Of a stretch of 45,080 nucleotides of DNA, positions 44,118 through 45,080 are shown piece by piece; the first letter of the stretch is position 1; the number at the start of each line of letters is the position of its first letter. The DNA is taken from IMG/VR virus record IMGVR_UViG_3300026966_000012. The stretch is one strand, 5' to 3'. The notes under the pieces were generated by a model. The model made no database searches. It was given only the letters and a program-made list of their open reading frames with translations, and was not told where the DNA came from. The DNA is from a virus (taxonomy: Duplodnaviria; Heunggongvirae; Uroviricota; Caudoviricetes). A program made the translations under genes and the position numbers.

Positions 44118-44192
44118 CCACCTCCAAGAGGATATGTCACCTGACACTCTCGCACTCACTACCACCAGCCGCGTCTATTGGCTATATGTACA

Positions 44193-44211
44193 GAAAGTGG
44201 TATATACTCGA
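44193..44211 (+). promoter_or_regulatory. BRE/TATA promoter (GAAAGTGGTATATACTCGA)
   Basis: TATATA about 26 nt before ATG 44232; matches the 4979 element. Confidence 0.6.
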
Positions 44212-44231
44212 AGTGCGATATATCAGGCAAG

Positions 44232-45080
44232 ATGGGCGTTGCCTACGACGTGTCGGACCGGGGGAGGATTCAACCGCCGATGGAACTGATTCGGAAGACA
44301 GACGCGTACTTCACAGACAAAGGAGAGGGGCTGCGCGTCTACGAACATCCCGAAACCGGACAGGAGCTGTTCTCCGTCACGTCGGTCCAGACCGTCATGA
44401 ACGGGGAAGCACAAGCACTGAAGATATGGCGACGCCGCGACCCAGAGTGGGCCGACTACTGGACGCGCTATACGCAAATACGCGGGACAATCATCCACGA
44501 GCAGATCCTCGGCAAGTACGCTGACCGACCGATGCCCGGGTACGACCTTCCGTCCGAGATCGATCCAGAGGCGATCATCGCGGACGATGACCCCAAAGGG
44601 GTGAATCATATGATCGACGAACAGGACTTCGCCAAGATCGAAGCCGATCTCGAGCGGGCGAAGAACATGTGGGCAAAGATCTGGAGTTCAGAAGGCTACT
44701 CGTTCGGTGACGTCCAGGGAGTCGAGGTGAAGGTGTGGCGACCCGACTATGGCTACGCGGGCACGTTCGACCTGCTGATGCGTCTCGACGGGAAGCTCAC
44801 GCTGTGTGATCTGAAGACGAGCAAGGCGTACAGAGACAAATATGCCGAGCAACTCGCCGCCTACTGGGATGCCGCCGAGGAAATGTACGATATAGAGATC
44901 AAGCAGGCGTGTGTGATTCGACTGTGTCCAGACCAGAGACACAACCCGTTTCTCAAGCCCGAGCTCCACTTCGTTCCTGACAAGCGTGCTGAATGGCGCG
45001 CGAAGTGCACAGACTTCCAGCAGAACTACCTCCCACACCTCGACACCTCGGGTGAGCCGGAGCCCGACGAGATACAGTAG
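44232..45080 (+). CDS. PD-(D/E)XK exonuclease
   Basis: SVTSV, RGTIIH, YAGTFDL...CDLKTS, EQLAAY motifs of phage lambda-exo/RecB-like nucleases. Confidence 0.85.
   Translation: MGVAYDVSDRGRIQPPMELIRKTDAYFTDKGEGLRVYEHPETGQELFSVTSVQTVMNGEAQALKIWRRRDPEWADYWTRYTQIRGTIIHEQILGKYADRPMPGYDLPSEIDPEAIIADDDPKGVNHMIDEQDFAKIEADLERAKNMWAKIWSSEGYSFGDVQGVEVKVWRPDYGYAGTFDLLMRLDGKLTLCDLKTSKAYRDKYAEQLAAYWDAAEEMYDIEIKQACVIRLCPDQRHNPFLKPELHFVPDKRAEWRAKCTDFQQNYLPHLDTSGEPEPDEIQ

Larger units (their letters stand above)
2019..44168. repeat. Dispersed 9-mer TACCACCAG/CTGGTGGTA (at least 20 copies)
   Basis: TACCACCAG at 4897, 12651, 14022, 19390, 21964, 26448, 28463, 34527, 39382, 42283, 44160; CTGGTGGTA at 2019, 7391, 8431, 14586, 30137, 35114, 36546, 38738, 43423. 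Confidence 0.9.

Noticed and set aside
44232-45080. Cas4 annotation for the PD-(D/E)XK nuclease
   Set aside because: It lacks the four-Cys Fe-S arrangement of Cas4.
1-45080. Apparent scarcity of CTAG tetramers
   Set aside because: None was noticed while reading, but I could not count exhaustively, and CTAG avoidance is already well known in haloarchaea and their viruses.
1-45080. tRNA, rRNA, integrase or transposase genes
   Set aside because: No recognisable signatures were found; virus versus provirus status cannot be decided from this window.

Overview
This is a 45-kb slice of a high-GC tailed haloarchaeal virus (or provirus) with a contractile tail, inferred from the acidic proteome, BRE/TATA promoters, GGAGGTGA SD and archaeal-type replication genes. 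Nearly all genes are on the + strand. 1-8.8 kb is a myovirus tail module: end of tape measure, baseplate hub, spike, PAAR-like tip, wedge/J, a prefoldin-like coiled coil and a tail fibre. 8.8-14.6 kb is the standout. A second fibre-like protein carries about 64 aromatic-x-(Asp/Asn) motifs; all 58 His in its repeat region follow H-x-D/N. It is followed by a radical SAM/SPASM enzyme, a Cys-rich partner, two unknown genes, a GT2 glycosyltransferase and a papain-fold protein. This layout resembles a RiPP (triceptide-like) maturation cluster apparently acting on a virion structural protein (inference). 16-23 kb is replication/recombination: RecA-family ATPase, MCM-like helicase, DnaQ-like exonuclease, PadR regulator and a primase fused to a PriL-like C-terminal domain. 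23.6-34 kb holds a GHKL ATPase, a ParB-like protein and many Zn-finger microproteins. 34.4-38.3 kb is a nucleotide-sugar epimerase/dehydrogenase/GT-B operon. 38.5-45 kb has a stand-alone MgsA C-terminal domain, an ERCC4 nuclease and a PD-(D/E)XK nuclease. A 9-mer TACCACCAG occurs at least 20 times in both orientations, and there are two families of ~31-33 bp intergenic repeats. All family assignments come from motif recognition by eye; no database searches were run.
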